This document shows, one piece after another, positions 18,621 through 28,459 of a stretch of DNA of 32,000 bases. Origin of the DNA: Zymomonas mobilis subsp. mobilis ATCC 10988 (lineage in GTDB: Bacteria > Pseudomonadota > Alphaproteobacteria > Sphingomonadales > Sphingomonadaceae); NCBI RefSeq assembly GCF_000175255.2, contig NC_017262.1, positions 300,001-332,000 on the forward strand, given 5' to 3'. The position numbers and the translations under genes are program-made. The notes beneath the pieces were generated by a model. The model did not search any database and was not told the DNA's origin. It was given only the letters and a program-made list of their open reading frames with translations. The stretch's first letter is position 1. Every line of letters starts with the position of its first letter.

Positions 18621-20462
18621 ATGACACTTTCTTCGGAAAGCAAAAAAGACGAGACGAAAAAAGCCAATCAAAGACGCTTTACTATCATCACTGACCCAAG
18701 TCGGGACGCTTTGCTGACGGCCTTTGGTAAAGCGACGTTAGATGATCGTTATCTTTTACCCGGAGAAAGCTATCAGGATTTATTCGCGCGGGTAGCTGAT
18801 GCCTATGCTGATGACGAAGCGCATGCCCAACGTCTCTATGATTATATTTCTCGTTTGTGGTTCATGCCCGCAACGCCAGTTTTATCAAATGGCGGTACCA
18901 AGCGTGGTCTGCCGATTTCTTGCTATCTCAATGCCGTGCCAGATAGTTTGCAGGGCATTGTCGATATCTGGAATGAAAATGTCTGGTTGGCCTCCCGTGG
19001 CGGCGGTATCGGTACTTATTGGGGCAATGTGCGCGGCATTGGCGAACCTGTTGGCCTAAATGGTAAAACCAGCGGCATTATTCCTTTTGTTCGTGTGATG
19101 GATTCATTAACGCTCGCGATCAGCCAAGGCTCTTTGAGGCGTGGTTCAGCCGCCTGCTATATTGATATTTCACATCCTGAAATTGAAGAATTTCTTGAAA
19201 TAAGAAAACCATCAGGTGACTTTAACCGTAAGGCCTTGAATCTCCATCACGGCGTTTTAGTAACAGATGCCTTTATGGAAGCCGTACGTGATGGCCGATC
19301 TTTTGATCTGGTTTCGCCTCGTGATGGCACCAAACGTGGCGAAGTCGATGCCCGTAGCCTATTCCAAAAGCTGGTTGAAACCCGTCTTCAGACCGGTGAA
19401 CCTTATATTGTGTTCATAGATCACGTGAACAACAATATGCCCCGCCATCATCAGGCCTTGGGCTTAAAGGTCTCTAGCTCCAATCTCTGTTCTGAAATCA
19501 CCCTCCCTACCGGACAAGACCATCTCGGCAATCAGAGAACCGCTGTTTGCTGCTTGTCTTCGCTTAATCTAGTGACATGGGATCAATGGCATGACAACAA
19601 ACGCTTTATTGAGGATGTTATGCGTTTCCTTGATAACGTTTTGCAGAGCTATATCGACAATGCGCCGGATGAAATGTCTCACGCCCGATATGCCGCCATG
19701 CGGGAAAGATCGGTTGGCTTGGGCGTTATGGGCTTCCACAGCTTTTTACAGGCACGCAAAATACCCTTTGAGGGGGCTTTAGCCAAAAGTTGGAATCTCA
19801 AAATTTTCCGCCATATCAACACAAAGGCGAATGAAGCCTCAATGATGCTCGCGAAAGAACGGGGGGCTTGCCCTGATGCCGCTGACATGGGCGTTATGGA
19901 GCGTTTCTCTTGCAAAATGGCGATTGCGCCTACCGCCTCTATCAGCATCATCGCTGGCGGTGCTTCGGCCTGTATCGAGCCTATTCCAGCCAATATCTAT
20001 ACGCATAAGACGCTGTCTGGCAGTTTCGTCGTCAAAAATCCCTATTTGCAAAAACTCTTGCAAGACAAATCCAAGGATTCCGATACCGTCTGGAATTCCA
20101 TTCTCGAAAAGAACGGCTCTGTCCAACATCTTGATTGTTTGACAGCCGAAGAAAAAGACACTTTCAAAACCAGCTTTGAAATTGACCAGCGTTGGTTATT
20201 GGAAATGGCGGCGGATCGGACGCCTTATATCGATCAGGCACAATCCCTGAATCTGTTTATTCCGGCAGATGTTGAAAAATGGGACTTGCTCATGCTGCAT
20301 TTCCGCGCATGGGAATTGGGCATCAAGTCGCTTTATTATCTCCGCTCGAAATCCTTACAACGCGCAGGCTTTGCAGGCGGTGTCGAGGCCGATAACACTC
20401 CTCAGATGAGACAGATTGAAGTCGAAATGCGAAATTACGATGAATGTCTCGCCTGCCAGTAG
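18621..20462 (+). CDS. nrdA: Ribonucleoside-diphosphate reductase, alpha subunit (class I)
   Basis: RLWFMPATPVLSNGGTKRGLPISCYLN, GGGIGTYWGNVRG, SSNLCSEITLPTG, PTASISIIAGGASACIEPIPANIY, C-terminal CLACQ. Confidence 0.92.
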   Translation: MTLSSESKKDETKKANQRRFTIITDPSRDALLTAFGKATLDDRYLLPGESYQDLFARVADAYADDEAHAQRLYDYISRLWFMPATPVLSNGGTKRGLPISCYLNAVPDSLQGIVDIWNENVWLASRGGGIGTYWGNVRGIGEPVGLNGKTSGIIPFVRVMDSLTLAISQGSLRRGSAACYIDISHPEIEEFLEIRKPSGDFNRKALNLHHGVLVTDAFMEAVRDGRSFDLVSPRDGTKRGEVDARSLFQKLVETRLQTGEPYIVFIDHVNNNMPRHHQALGLKVSSSNLCSEITLPTGQDHLGNQRTAVCCLSSLNLVTWDQWHDNKRFIEDVMRFLDNVLQSYIDNAPDEMSHARYAAMRERSVGLGVMGFHSFLQARKIPFEGALAKSWNLKIFRHINTKANEASMMLAKERGACPDAADMGVMERFSCKMAIAPTASISIIAGGASACIEPIPANIYTHKTLSGSFVVKNPYLQKLLQDKSKDSDTVWNSILEKNGSVQHLDCLTAEEKDTFKTSFEIDQRWLLEMAADRTPYIDQAQSLNLFIPADVEKWDLLMLHFRAWELGIKSLYYLRSKSLQRAGFAGGVEADNTPQMRQIEVEMRNYDECLACQ

Positions 20463-20488
20463 GCTCTAATTAAAATTTGATGGATAAG

Positions 20489-20530
20489 AATCCTATCGCA
20501 TGAGCGGGTTGCCGTTAATGCGATAGGATT
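20489..20530 (+). terminator. Terminator downstream of nrdA
   Basis: AATCCTATCGCAT ... ATGCGATAGGATT perfect 13-bp stem then T-run. Confidence 0.85.
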
Positions 20531-20543
20531 TTTTATAAGCGCG

Positions 20544-20672
20544 TTAGGCTTGCGGGGTTTCTTCTTCGCTAAGCGCTTTTTTTTGCTGATTTTGCCTTTT
20601 TCGCAAACGCAGATTTTGACGCAGCGCCTCGGCTAATAGCTTTTTTTTGTTATCTGATTGATTTTGATGCAT
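20544..20672 (-). CDS. Small basic protein, 42 aa (MHQNQSDNKKKLLAEALRQNLRLRKRQNQQKKALSEEETPQA)
   Basis: ORF read by hand, absent from the supplied track because of length; resembles small ..LAEALRxNLRRRK.. proteins seen in alphaproteobacteria. Confidence 0.55.
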   Translation of the reverse strand: MHQNQSDNKKKLLAEALRQNLRLRKRQNQQKKALSEEETPQA

Positions 20673-20772
20673 TTTTTCGAAGAATCTCTATTTTTTAAAG
20701 AAAAGTTCATATCGTCCTTGACTAATGGAAATACTTCCTTCATATGAGCGCCTCACCACAAAAAAGTGGTTG

Positions 20773-20848
<76 letters not shown>

Positions 20849-20938
20849 TCTTTCTTCTCCCCTTAAAAACTATTTTCCTAAAAATATCAGTCAGAATAGA
20901 CGATATCATCCTATTTTTCGTCTGATTTTTATCAAAAA

Positions 20939-20966
20939 AACCCGCTTACCGATAAGCAAGCGGGTT
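20939..20966 (-). terminator. Terminator downstream of argG
   Basis: AACCCGCTT ... AAGCGGGTT with A-tract (T-tract on the minus strand). Confidence 0.8.
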
Positions 20967-20976
20967 CTTTGGAAAA

Positions 20977-22203
20977 TTAAAGGCCTTTAGCGTTACGTTC
21001 ACCGAGTAAACGCAAACGCAAAGCATTGAGCTTGATAAAGCCAGCTGCATCCTGCTGGTTATAAGCACCGGCATCATCTTCAAAGGTCACGACCTTTTCG
21101 GAATAGAGCGAATTCGGCGATTTACGGCCGATAACATTCACACTGCCCTTATAGAGCTTCAGACGAACCGTGCCGCTGACTCTGGCCTGACTATGGTCAA
21201 TAGCGGCCTGCAACATTTCACGTTCTGGAGAATACCAGAAACCGTTATAGATCAGCTCGGCATAGCGCGGCATCAATTCATCTTTCAGATGCATGGCGCC
21301 ACCATCCAAGGTCAGCTGTTCGATACCGCGATGAGCCTGAATCAGAATCGTGCCGCCCGGGGTTTCATACATGCCGCGTGATTTCATGCCGATATAACGG
21401 TTTTCGACCAGATCAAGACGACCGATACCATGCTTGCGACCCAGTTCGTTGAGCTTGGTCAGCAATTCTGCCGGTGACAAGGCTTCGCCGTTAATGGCGA
21501 TGGCATCACCGCGTTCGAAATCAATGGTGATGATTTCCGGCGTATTTGGAGCCTCTTCGGGGTTAACCGTGCGGGAATAGACATAATCCGGCACTTCCTG
21601 CCACGGATCTTCGAGAATTTTACCTTCTGAAGAGGTGTGGAGCAAATTGGAATCGACCGAGAAAGGCGATTCGCCGCGTTTATCTTTCGGAACCGCGATC
21701 TGACGGGATTCAGCATAAGCAATCAATTTGCTACGGCTATTCAGATCCCATTCGCGCCAAGGAGCGATAACCTTAATATCCGGTGCCAAGGCATAATAAC
21801 CGAGTTCAAAACGAATCTGGTCATTTCCTTTTCCGGTTGCACCATGCGCCACGGCATCGGCACCGACCTGACGCGCGATTTCAATCTGGCGTTTGGCGAT
21901 TAACGGTCTCGCGATCGAGGTGCCGAGCAAATACTGACCTTCATAAAGGGCATTGGCACGCATCATTGGGAAAACAAAATCGCGAACAAATTCTTCGCGG
22001 AGATCGTCCATAAAAATATGTTCAGGCTTAATGCCCATCATTTCGGCTTTTTTACGGGCGGGTTCAAGCTCTTCGCCTTGACCGAGGTCAGCCGTAAAAG
22101 TGACGACTTCACAGCCATAATGTTCTTGTAACCATTTTAAAATAACGCTGGTATCAAGTCCACCTGAATAGGCGAGCACGACGCGTTTTACTTTTTCGGT
22201 CAT
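20977..22203 (-). CDS. argG: Argininosuccinate synthase
   Basis: [46 protein letters not shown]; [20 protein letters not shown]. Confidence 0.97.
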   Translation of the reverse strand: MTEKVKRVVLAYSGGLDTSVILKWLQEHYGCEVVTFTADLGQGEELEPARKKAEMMGIKPEHIFMDDLREEFVRDFVFPMMRANALYEGQYLLGTSIARPLIAKRQIEIARQVGADAVAHGATGKGNDQIRFELGYYALAPDIKVIAPWREWDLNSRSKLIAYAESRQIAVPKDKRGESPFSVDSNLLHTSSEGKILEDPWQEVPDYVYSRTVNPEEAPNTPEIITIDFERGDAIAINGEALSPAELLTKLNELGRKHGIGRLDLVENRYIGMKSRGMYETPGGTILIQAHRGIEQLTLDGGAMHLKDELMPRYAELIYNGFWYSPEREMLQAAIDHSQARVSGTVRLKLYKGSVNVIGRKSPNSLYSEKVVTFEDDAGAYNQQDAAGFIKLNALRLRLLGERNAKGL

Positions 22204-22462
22204 GAAACTCTCCGGAATAGAATTATCAATGCGGCAATATTTTTACCGTATAGCCGCCGCTTGCCATGCTTATCATGGCGTTTCAAGCGCCATCCTGCTT
22301 AAAAATTTTGTGACCCGTCTTATAAAAAAGACAAGGCGTCTTATTATAGGATAATCAGACAATATTCATAAACTGCCTGATACCCATCATCTTAGAGAAA
22401 ATATTGGGATCATATCACTGTAAAACAGTTTTCCACTTCTCTCTTGGAGTAAGGTCAAAATA

Positions 22463-23080
22463 ATGAAAAAGAAAAATTTTCTTTTGCGTAGTCTGTCCTT
22501 GGCGTCAGGTCTGTTTTTAGCGGCAACCCCCCTCATGCAGGCTTCCGCCCAACAGGCCGCTGAACAGGTTCCGCCCTATATCCTGCCGATCACTCGCGCA
22601 GAAACGCAGGCGCAGGTAAAACAAAATTTCGATAAATTTGATCTTGACCATAATGGCGTGGTGACGAAATCGGAATTTCAGACGGCCTTGGCTAATGAAA
22701 AAAACCAATGTCAGGCTATGATGGCCAAATTCAAGGATGCGAAGAACAGCGGTAAGACCAAAACCCCGCCGCCGCCCCCGCCGACTGGTGATGGTAATAC
22801 GCCGCCACCTCCTCCTCCAGAAGACGGTAAAGGTGGTCATCATCACGGCCATCATGGTATGTGCGATCATATGGACAGAGGGCCCATCTCTCACTGGTTC
22901 GAACGCGCTGACACCAATCATGATGGTCAGGTGACCTATGATGAAGCCAGCAGCCAGATTCTCGCCGCTTATGATGCCGTTGATACCAATCATGATGGCA
23001 TCATTACTCCGGAAGAACGGAAAGCCGCCTTTGAGAAATGGAAACAGACCCATCCATTTCCTAAACCTTCTTCCAAATAA
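22463..23080 (+). CDS. Secreted EF-hand calcium-binding protein with Pro- and His-rich linker
   Basis: Signal peptide MKKKNFLLRSLSLASGLFLAATPLMQASAQQ; EF loops DLDHNGVVTKSE, DTNHDGQVTYDE, DTNHDGIITPEE; PPPPPPTGDGNTPPPPPPEDGKGGHHHGHHG linker. Confidence 0.88.
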   Translation: MKKKNFLLRSLSLASGLFLAATPLMQASAQQAAEQVPPYILPITRAETQAQVKQNFDKFDLDHNGVVTKSEFQTALANEKNQCQAMMAKFKDAKNSGKTKTPPPPPPTGDGNTPPPPPPEDGKGGHHHGHHGMCDHMDRGPISHWFERADTNHDGQVTYDEASSQILAAYDAVDTNHDGIITPEERKAAFEKWKQTHPFPKPSSK

Positions 23081-23095
23081 CCCTACCCTCCCTTG

Positions 23096-23131
23096 AAAAA
23101 AGCCTCCTGTTTTCGGACAGGAGGCTTTTTA
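23096..23131. terminator. Strong, probably bidirectional terminator between convergent EF-hand and cfa genes
   Basis: AAAAAGCCTCCTGT TTTCGG ACAGGAGGCTTTTT. Confidence 0.9.
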
Positions 23132-23200
23132 TTATCTCAAAATGATGGGCTTCTTTGCTCATGCCTTTGGTCTAGCTCAAAAAGCTCTCTTTAAAGCGCT

Positions 23201-24448
23201 TTATTCGGGGCTAGAGAGGTTTTTTGCCTGTTCTCTTAACAAGGCCTCACTCTCAAACATATAATCCCGTGTAAGAGGCAGACTATCTCGCTTGCGAATA
23301 TATTGAAGCTGGTAATTACACATCTGGCCGTATTGGAAGGCCGCAGAAGCACCTGCGAGATAGAAAGTCCACATCCGATAAAAACGGACATCATAGAGTT
23401 TGATAATCTCAGCACGGGCAGCCAAAACATTTTTATACCACTGATTCAGGGTATACATGTAATGCAGCCTTAAATTCTCGACATCGGAAAGGATAAGGCC
23501 GCTCTGCTCGCTGGCAGACACAATTTCCGATAAAGCCGGACAATATCCACCGGGGAAAATATATTTATTTGTCCATGGATCGGTGGTGCCGGGCAATCCC
23601 AGCCGTCCAATCGTATGCAACAACAATACACCATCATCGGTCAGAAGATCGCGACAATGATTGAAGAAATTTTTGTAGTAAGGCGGGCCCACATGCTCAA
23701 ACATGCCGACCGAAACAATACGATCAAAACGGCCTTTGACTTCGCGATAATCAATGAGCTGAAATTTTACCCGATCATCAAGACCCGCTTCTTTGGCGCG
23801 TTTACGGGCAATTTTTAATTGTTCTTCGGATAAGGTCACGCCCAAAACTTCGACATCGGCGATTTGACCAAGGAAGAGCGCCATACCGCCCCATCCACAA
23901 CCGATATCCAATATTCTCTGCCCCGATTTCAGATCCAGCTTGGATGCGATGTGAATCTTTTTATCAAGCTGCGCCTGATCCAGACTGTTATGAATATCGG
24001 TAAAATAACCGCAGCTATATTGTCGATCCTTGTCAAGAAAAAGATCATATAAACGGCCATCCAGATCATAATGATGGGCGACATTTTGTTTGGATCGTTT
24101 TTCCCAATTCAACCGCTGGAAACGATTGGTCAGATGCTGGATGGTGCGGGGGATAATGCCGCCTTCCAGCATATTGGCATTATCCCTGACAGTATTCTTA
24201 AGGATAAGGCGGATAAGCCCCATGATGTCTTCATCATCAACGGACATTCGGCCATCCATATAGGCCTCACCCGATCCCATATAAGGATGGATCGCCACGA
24301 AATCAGGGGCTTCCGGATCATGGAAGCGCACCGTCACGGGGGCTTCGCCTTCTGACACACCGTAAGAATGACGATGGCCATTTGATTCAACAATGATCAA
24401 TTGTCCTTGTCGAACCAGCTTTTTCAAGAATCTATCAAGTAGCCACAT
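23201..24448 (-). CDS. cfa: Cyclopropane-fatty-acyl-phospholipid synthase family methyltransferase
   Basis: NVAHHYDLDGRLYDLFLDKDRQYSCGYF, RILDIGCGWGGMALFLG, VSVGMFEHVGPPYYKNFF, TLNQWYKNV. Confidence 0.95.
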   Translation of the reverse strand: MWLLDRFLKKLVRQGQLIIVESNGHRHSYGVSEGEAPVTVRFHDPEAPDFVAIHPYMGSGEAYMDGRMSVDDEDIMGLIRLILKNTVRDNANMLEGGIIPRTIQHLTNRFQRLNWEKRSKQNVAHHYDLDGRLYDLFLDKDRQYSCGYFTDIHNSLDQAQLDKKIHIASKLDLKSGQRILDIGCGWGGMALFLGQIADVEVLGVTLSEEQLKIARKRAKEAGLDDRVKFQLIDYREVKGRFDRIVSVGMFEHVGPPYYKNFFNHCRDLLTDDGVLLLHTIGRLGLPGTTDPWTNKYIFPGGYCPALSEIVSASEQSGLILSDVENLRLHYMYTLNQWYKNVLAARAEIIKLYDVRFYRMWTFYLAGASAAFQYGQMCNYQLQYIRKRDSLPLTRDYMFESEALLREQAKNLSSPE

Positions 24449-24503
24449 GGTCAGAGTTTACATGCTTTAACTTGATAGAAAAAGGCAGAAATACCCCAAG
24501 CCG

Positions 24504-25679
24504 CTATGACAATGTTATCATTGAATCCCGCTTGGATTGTCTTTCTGCCGCTGATTTTAACTGACCACAAGCGGCCATGATATCCTGACCTCTTGTCCGG
24601 CGGACGGGGGCTGAAATACCAGCGTTAAAGACAATCTCGGAAAAACGGGCAATCCGCTCCGGTGTTGAACATTCATAAGGTGAATTTGGCCAAGGATTAA
24701 AAGGAATCAGATTCACTTTTGCGGGTAAACGGTAATATTGTAATAACCGAACAAGCTCATGCGCATCTTCTTCGCTGTCATTCTTATCTTTTAACATCAC
24801 ATATTCAAAAGTGATCCGGCGGGCATTATTGACCCCGGGATAGGCGGCACAAGCAGCCAGTAATTCGTCGATTCCGTATTTTTTGTTAATCGGAACGATT
24901 TCATCGCGAACGGCTTTGGTAACCGCATGAAGGGATACGGCAAGGTTAACACCAATTTCCTCCCCTGCCCGTGCCATCATCGGCACCACGCCCGAAGTAG
25001 AAAGGGTGATCCGGCGGCGTGACAAAGCGATACCGTCACCATCCATAACCAATTTCAAGGCATCGCGAACATTATCAAAGTTATAAAGCGGCTCGCCCAT
25101 GCCCATCATCACGACATTGGTTAACAGCCGACCTTCCGGCTTAGACGGCCATTCATCAAGGCTGTCACGGGCAAGCATGATCTGACCCACAATTTCACCA
25201 ACAGTCAGATTTCGCACCAAACGCATCGTGCCAGTATTGCAAAAACGACAATTCAGGGTGCAACCGATCTGACTGGAAATGCACAAAGTGCCGCGGTCAG
25301 CATCAGGAATAAAGACCATTTCATAATCATAGCCGTCATCAGTCTTTAACAGCCATTTACGGGTGCCATCGGTCGATATCTGCATAGTAACGACTTCGGG
25401 ACGCGAAATGGCAAAATGTTCGGCCAGCCAAGGGCGCATGGTCTTGGCAATATCGGTCATACCATCAAAAGCAACCGCACCACGATTATACATCCAATGC
25501 CATAGCTGTTTGGTGCGTAATTTTGCCTGTTTTTCGTCCAATCCCTTGGATTTTAACGCCGCGCGTATGTCTTCACGGGACAAGCCTAAAAGGTCAATGC
25601 GACCATCCTTTCGGATAGCAATAGGCTTCTGGGAATCAGTCTTGGTTTCTGTCAGGCTATCGGCAACTACAGAAGTCAT
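24504..25679 (-). CDS. rlmN: 23S rRNA (adenine2503-C2)-methyltransferase
   Basis: Radical [67 protein letters not shown]. Confidence 0.96.
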   Translation of the reverse strand: MTSVVADSLTETKTDSQKPIAIRKDGRIDLLGLSREDIRAALKSKGLDEKQAKLRTKQLWHWMYNRGAVAFDGMTDIAKTMRPWLAEHFAISRPEVVTMQISTDGTRKWLLKTDDGYDYEMVFIPDADRGTLCISSQIGCTLNCRFCNTGTMRLVRNLTVGEIVGQIMLARDSLDEWPSKPEGRLLTNVVMMGMGEPLYNFDNVRDALKLVMDGDGIALSRRRITLSTSGVVPMMARAGEEIGVNLAVSLHAVTKAVRDEIVPINKKYGIDELLAACAAYPGVNNARRITFEYVMLKDKNDSEEDAHELVRLLQYYRLPAKVNLIPFNPWPNSPYECSTPERIARFSEIVFNAGISAPVRRTRGQDIMAACGQLKSAAERQSKRDSMITLS

Positions 25680-25750
25680 AAATATGCAAACTCACAAACA
25701 AGGCAAAAGCCGTTAAGGGCATCAAAAACAAAATGGCGGATGTAAAAATT

Positions 25751-25788
25751 AAGCCGCTTTTCCCCGTTATTATCCGAAAAAGCGGCTT
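25751..25788 (-). terminator. Terminator downstream of ABC permease gene
   Basis: AAGCCGCTTTT ... AAAAGCGGCTT plus T-run on the + strand and a TTAATTTTTA run on the minus strand; orientation partly ambiguous. Confidence 0.7.
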
Positions 25789-25838
25789 TTTTCTACTGGC
25801 CAGATTCTGGCTATCCATGCGACCATAAAATTGAATAT

Positions 25839-26639
25839 CTAATGGATATCACGCTGTTTCAAAACAACCGTCACCGCAGCCGAGGCGACCAGAAAAAGAA
25901 TAAACGCAAAAGCAAGAAAACTACCTTGAGAAACGGGGAATATTTTTTCTCCCATCTTAAGGTCTAAGGTATCATGCACAAAACGAAGACCATAATCCCA
26001 AGGATATAAAAGCCAGCCTTTATCTTGGAAATAACTGCTCACGGGAAGACTGGCAAGACTACAGATATTCCCGAAAATAACCGGAAATCGGGTATTGGTC
26101 AGAAACCAGCTCAAGGCATGCTGAATCAAAAGCACGGGAAGCATCACAAAAGGCAATAGGAAGAAAGACTTCACCAGAGCCATGTCAAAGCCATAGCCTG
26201 TCATAGAACTATGAGAGCTAACCAGAAACGCCAAACTATAGACCAAAATCATCATGATATTGGCGAAAAACAGTAATCCCCATTCAAGAGACAGTTTTGC
26301 AAAAAACAGATGATAAGGCCGTAACGGCAAGGTCAGCATCATCCGCCAACTATTATTGCTATGCTCTATCCCGTTAAGACGGGCCGCTAAAACCGCAATA
26401 AAAAAGGAGAAAGCAAAACAACTCCAAAAGAAAAGGATTGTCTGCCAAACTTCCTGCCACGCGGCTATATCCAGAAAAATACCGTCATGATGACCGGCAA
26501 ACCATCCGATAAAGGCCGTCACCAAAGCAGGCGATAGCATCAATAACAACAAGCGACGGGGATGTTCGATTTTGAACCATTCGGCTGTGATAAGCCGGAT
26601 CATCAACAAGAATGATCCTTGCGTTTTTGGCACAGTCAT
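25839..26639 (-). CDS. ABC-2 type exporter permease (lantibiotic/bacitracin immunity-like)
   Basis: Six hydrophobic segments; paired with upstream ABC ATPase gene 9 bp away. Confidence 0.75.
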   Translation of the reverse strand: MTVPKTQGSFLLMIRLITAEWFKIEHPRRLLLLMLSPALVTAFIGWFAGHHDGIFLDIAAWQEVWQTILFFWSCFAFSFFIAVLAARLNGIEHSNNSWRMMLTLPLRPYHLFFAKLSLEWGLLFFANIMMILVYSLAFLVSSHSSMTGYGFDMALVKSFFLLPFVMLPVLLIQHALSWFLTNTRFPVIFGNICSLASLPVSSYFQDKGWLLYPWDYGLRFVHDTLDLKMGEKIFPVSQGSFLAFAFILFLVASAAVTVVLKQRDIH

Positions 26640-26647
26640 AAAATACG

Positions 26648-27565
26648 TTACGCCTTATTTCTGGAAGTAGCCATTTGCTGCGAAAACCATTCTTCCAAAG
26701 AGGGTTTTTCTAAAATAGCCTGATAAAAGTCGATATCCGCCGCTACAAGCTGACGATAAAGCGCGCTGGCTTCTTCTCGGGTCATATTATCGACAAGTAA
26801 GCGATGATCGCCGTAATGGCTGACTTGATAGGATGACTGCGACAAAAAGGCGAAAGCCTTTTCAACATCCGTCACATTCAATCTCAAAGCTGATCGGCCT
26901 GCGGCTCTGATCTCTTCCAATTCCCCTTGAAACAGAATGGTTCCTTGATCGAGCAAGGCCAAATGGCTGGCTGTTTTTTCGACTTCTTCCAATTGATGGC
27001 TGGAAAAGAAAACGGTGCAACCTGTTTTTTCAGGCAGGCTAATCAGCAATTCTCTGATTTCTTTAATGCCTTCAGGATCAAGCCCATTGGTAGGCTCATC
27101 CAGAACCAGCAATTCGGGATTGCCTAACAACGCATGTGCCAAAGCCAATCTTTGCCGCATCCCCAAGGAATAAAGGGCGATTTTTAAACGGGGTTCCGTA
27201 TGGAGATTAACAATCGCCAAAACCCGATCAATATCTTGATAGGGAATATCTTTAACCACACAGCCTATTTTTAAAAATTCGCGGGCTGTCATATGGTTAT
27301 ATAGGCTTGGGGAATCCACTAAACACCCCATCCGTGCCAAAGCCGGTATCGGGTTTTTCTGCATATCCTGACCCAAAACCGTTACCTTGCCGGATGTAAT
27401 CCGATAAAGACCGGTAATAATGCGGATTGTAGTAGATTTTCCCTGACCGTTATTGCCCAAAAAAGCAAAGAGGCTGCCTTTAGGAACCGTCAGATTGATC
27501 TCTTTTAAGACAGGGCGAGTGCCGAAATTTTTGGAAAGATGGGCAAGCTGAATAGCTGCGGACAA
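26648..27565 (-). CDS. ABC transporter ATP-binding protein (BcrA/gallidermin-type)
   Basis: FLGNNGQGKSTTIRIITGLYRITSGKVTVLGQD, LYSLGMRQRLALAHALLGNPELLVLDEPTNGLDPEG. Confidence 0.9.
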   Translation of the reverse strand: MSAAIQLAHLSKNFGTRPVLKEINLTVPKGSLFAFLGNNGQGKSTTIRIITGLYRITSGKVTVLGQDMQKNPIPALARMGCLVDSPSLYNHMTAREFLKIGCVVKDIPYQDIDRVLAIVNLHTEPRLKIALYSLGMRQRLALAHALLGNPELLVLDEPTNGLDPEGIKEIRELLISLPEKTGCTVFFSSHQLEEVEKTASHLALLDQGTILFQGELEEIRAAGRSALRLNVTDVEKAFAFLSQSSYQVSHYGDHRLLVDNMTREEASALYRQLVAADIDFYQAILEKPSLEEWFSQQMATSRNKA

Positions 27566-27645
27566 AATTTTCTCCCTTTGAACCGGAAAACAGAAAAGAC
27601 GTCAGGGTTATTGGCTATTCAGCACAAAATAAGAGGAACAGGAAA

Positions 27646-28287
27646 TTAGACTTCCCGATAAGTCTGCAAAGTATACTCACTTATGCCGAAAGCCGCTAGG
27701 TCTGTTTTCATCTCGGCCAAGGCTGCGTCATCCAAGATTGCAGGATAAACGGTGGTGCGTATCTGATATTCGACGCCGCTTTCCAAAAGATAGCTGAGGC
27801 TGGTTTTTACCTTTTCGGCGGTATTCGGAATACGGGTAATCGCATCATATTGAGAAAAAGGCGCTTTGATATCAAAGCCTACCCAAGTAACCAAAGGCAA
27901 TAAAGGCCGGAAACGCTCCGGCTTCATTCCCGCCGTATGAAGCCCTATCTTAAGCCCCATATCGCGGACAATTTGCATCGCTTCAGGAAGAGCTGCTTGT
28001 AAAGTTGGCTCACCCCCTGAAAAAACTACGCCATCCAAAAGACCGCGTCGCTGTTCCAGAAAGTCCAGCACGTCTTCCCAAGGAATACGATTCCCTGAAT
28101 TGTCTATTGCAGGCCGTAACGACTGGTTATGACAATAAGGACAGTCCCAGCTACAGCCCTGACAAAAGACAGTAGCGACCAGCTCCCCTGGCCAGTCGCA
28201 ACTGGACATGGGAGCCAATCCACCGATCCTAAGATCAGTTGCAGCCACAACGACCCTCTTCGAAATAACGACGCTGGCCGAATTCAC
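27646..28287 (-). CDS. nrdG: Anaerobic ribonucleoside-triphosphate reductase activating protein (radical SAM)
   Basis: LRIGGLAPMSSCDWPGELVATVFCQGCSWDCPYCHNQSLRP, DGVVFSGGEPTLQ. Confidence 0.92.
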   Translation of the reverse strand: MNSASVVISKRVVVAATDLRIGGLAPMSSCDWPGELVATVFCQGCSWDCPYCHNQSLRPAIDNSGNRIPWEDVLDFLEQRRGLLDGVVFSGGEPTLQAALPEAMQIVRDMGLKIGLHTAGMKPERFRPLLPLVTWVGFDIKAPFSQYDAITRIPNTAEKVKTSLSYLLESGVEYQIRTTVYPAILDDAALAEMKTDLAAFGISEYTLQTYREV

Positions 28288-28423
28288 CCTGCTTGCCGAT
28301 ATTGAAAGAGGAAACCGGACGATGATACCCCATAACCCGCGTCCAAATTTCGCAAGGCTGACGTTCTTCGTCTTTCAATTCTATTTTGGCAAAATCTTGG
28401 GTGTCTTTTTTCATCTCGGTCAT
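28235..28423 (-). CDS. Small protein carrying the NrdD-type glycyl-radical motif (RVMGYHRPVSSFNIGKQGEFGQRRYFEE)
   Basis: 62-aa ORF with AAGGAG RBS upstream of ATG 28423, between nrdD and nrdG; contains RVxGY glycyl-radical signature. Confidence 0.85.
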   Translation of the reverse strand: MTEMKKDTQDFAKIELKDEERQPCEIWTRVMGYHRPVSSFNIGKQGEFGQRRYFEEGRCGCN

Positions 28424-28459
28424 GATTTTTCTCCTTAAAATTTTGAATATCTAAAATTC

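Noticed and set aside
22762-22860. Proline/histidine-coding low-complexity stretch as a DNA-level repeat element
   Set aside because: Explained by the in-frame PPPPPP..PPPPPP..HHHGHH protein linker; no evidence for a mobile or structural DNA repeat.
22517-23053. 178-aa antisense ORF opposite the EF-hand gene
   Set aside because: The sense strand has signal peptide and EF-hand motifs; the antisense product is an artefact of codon bias and repeats.
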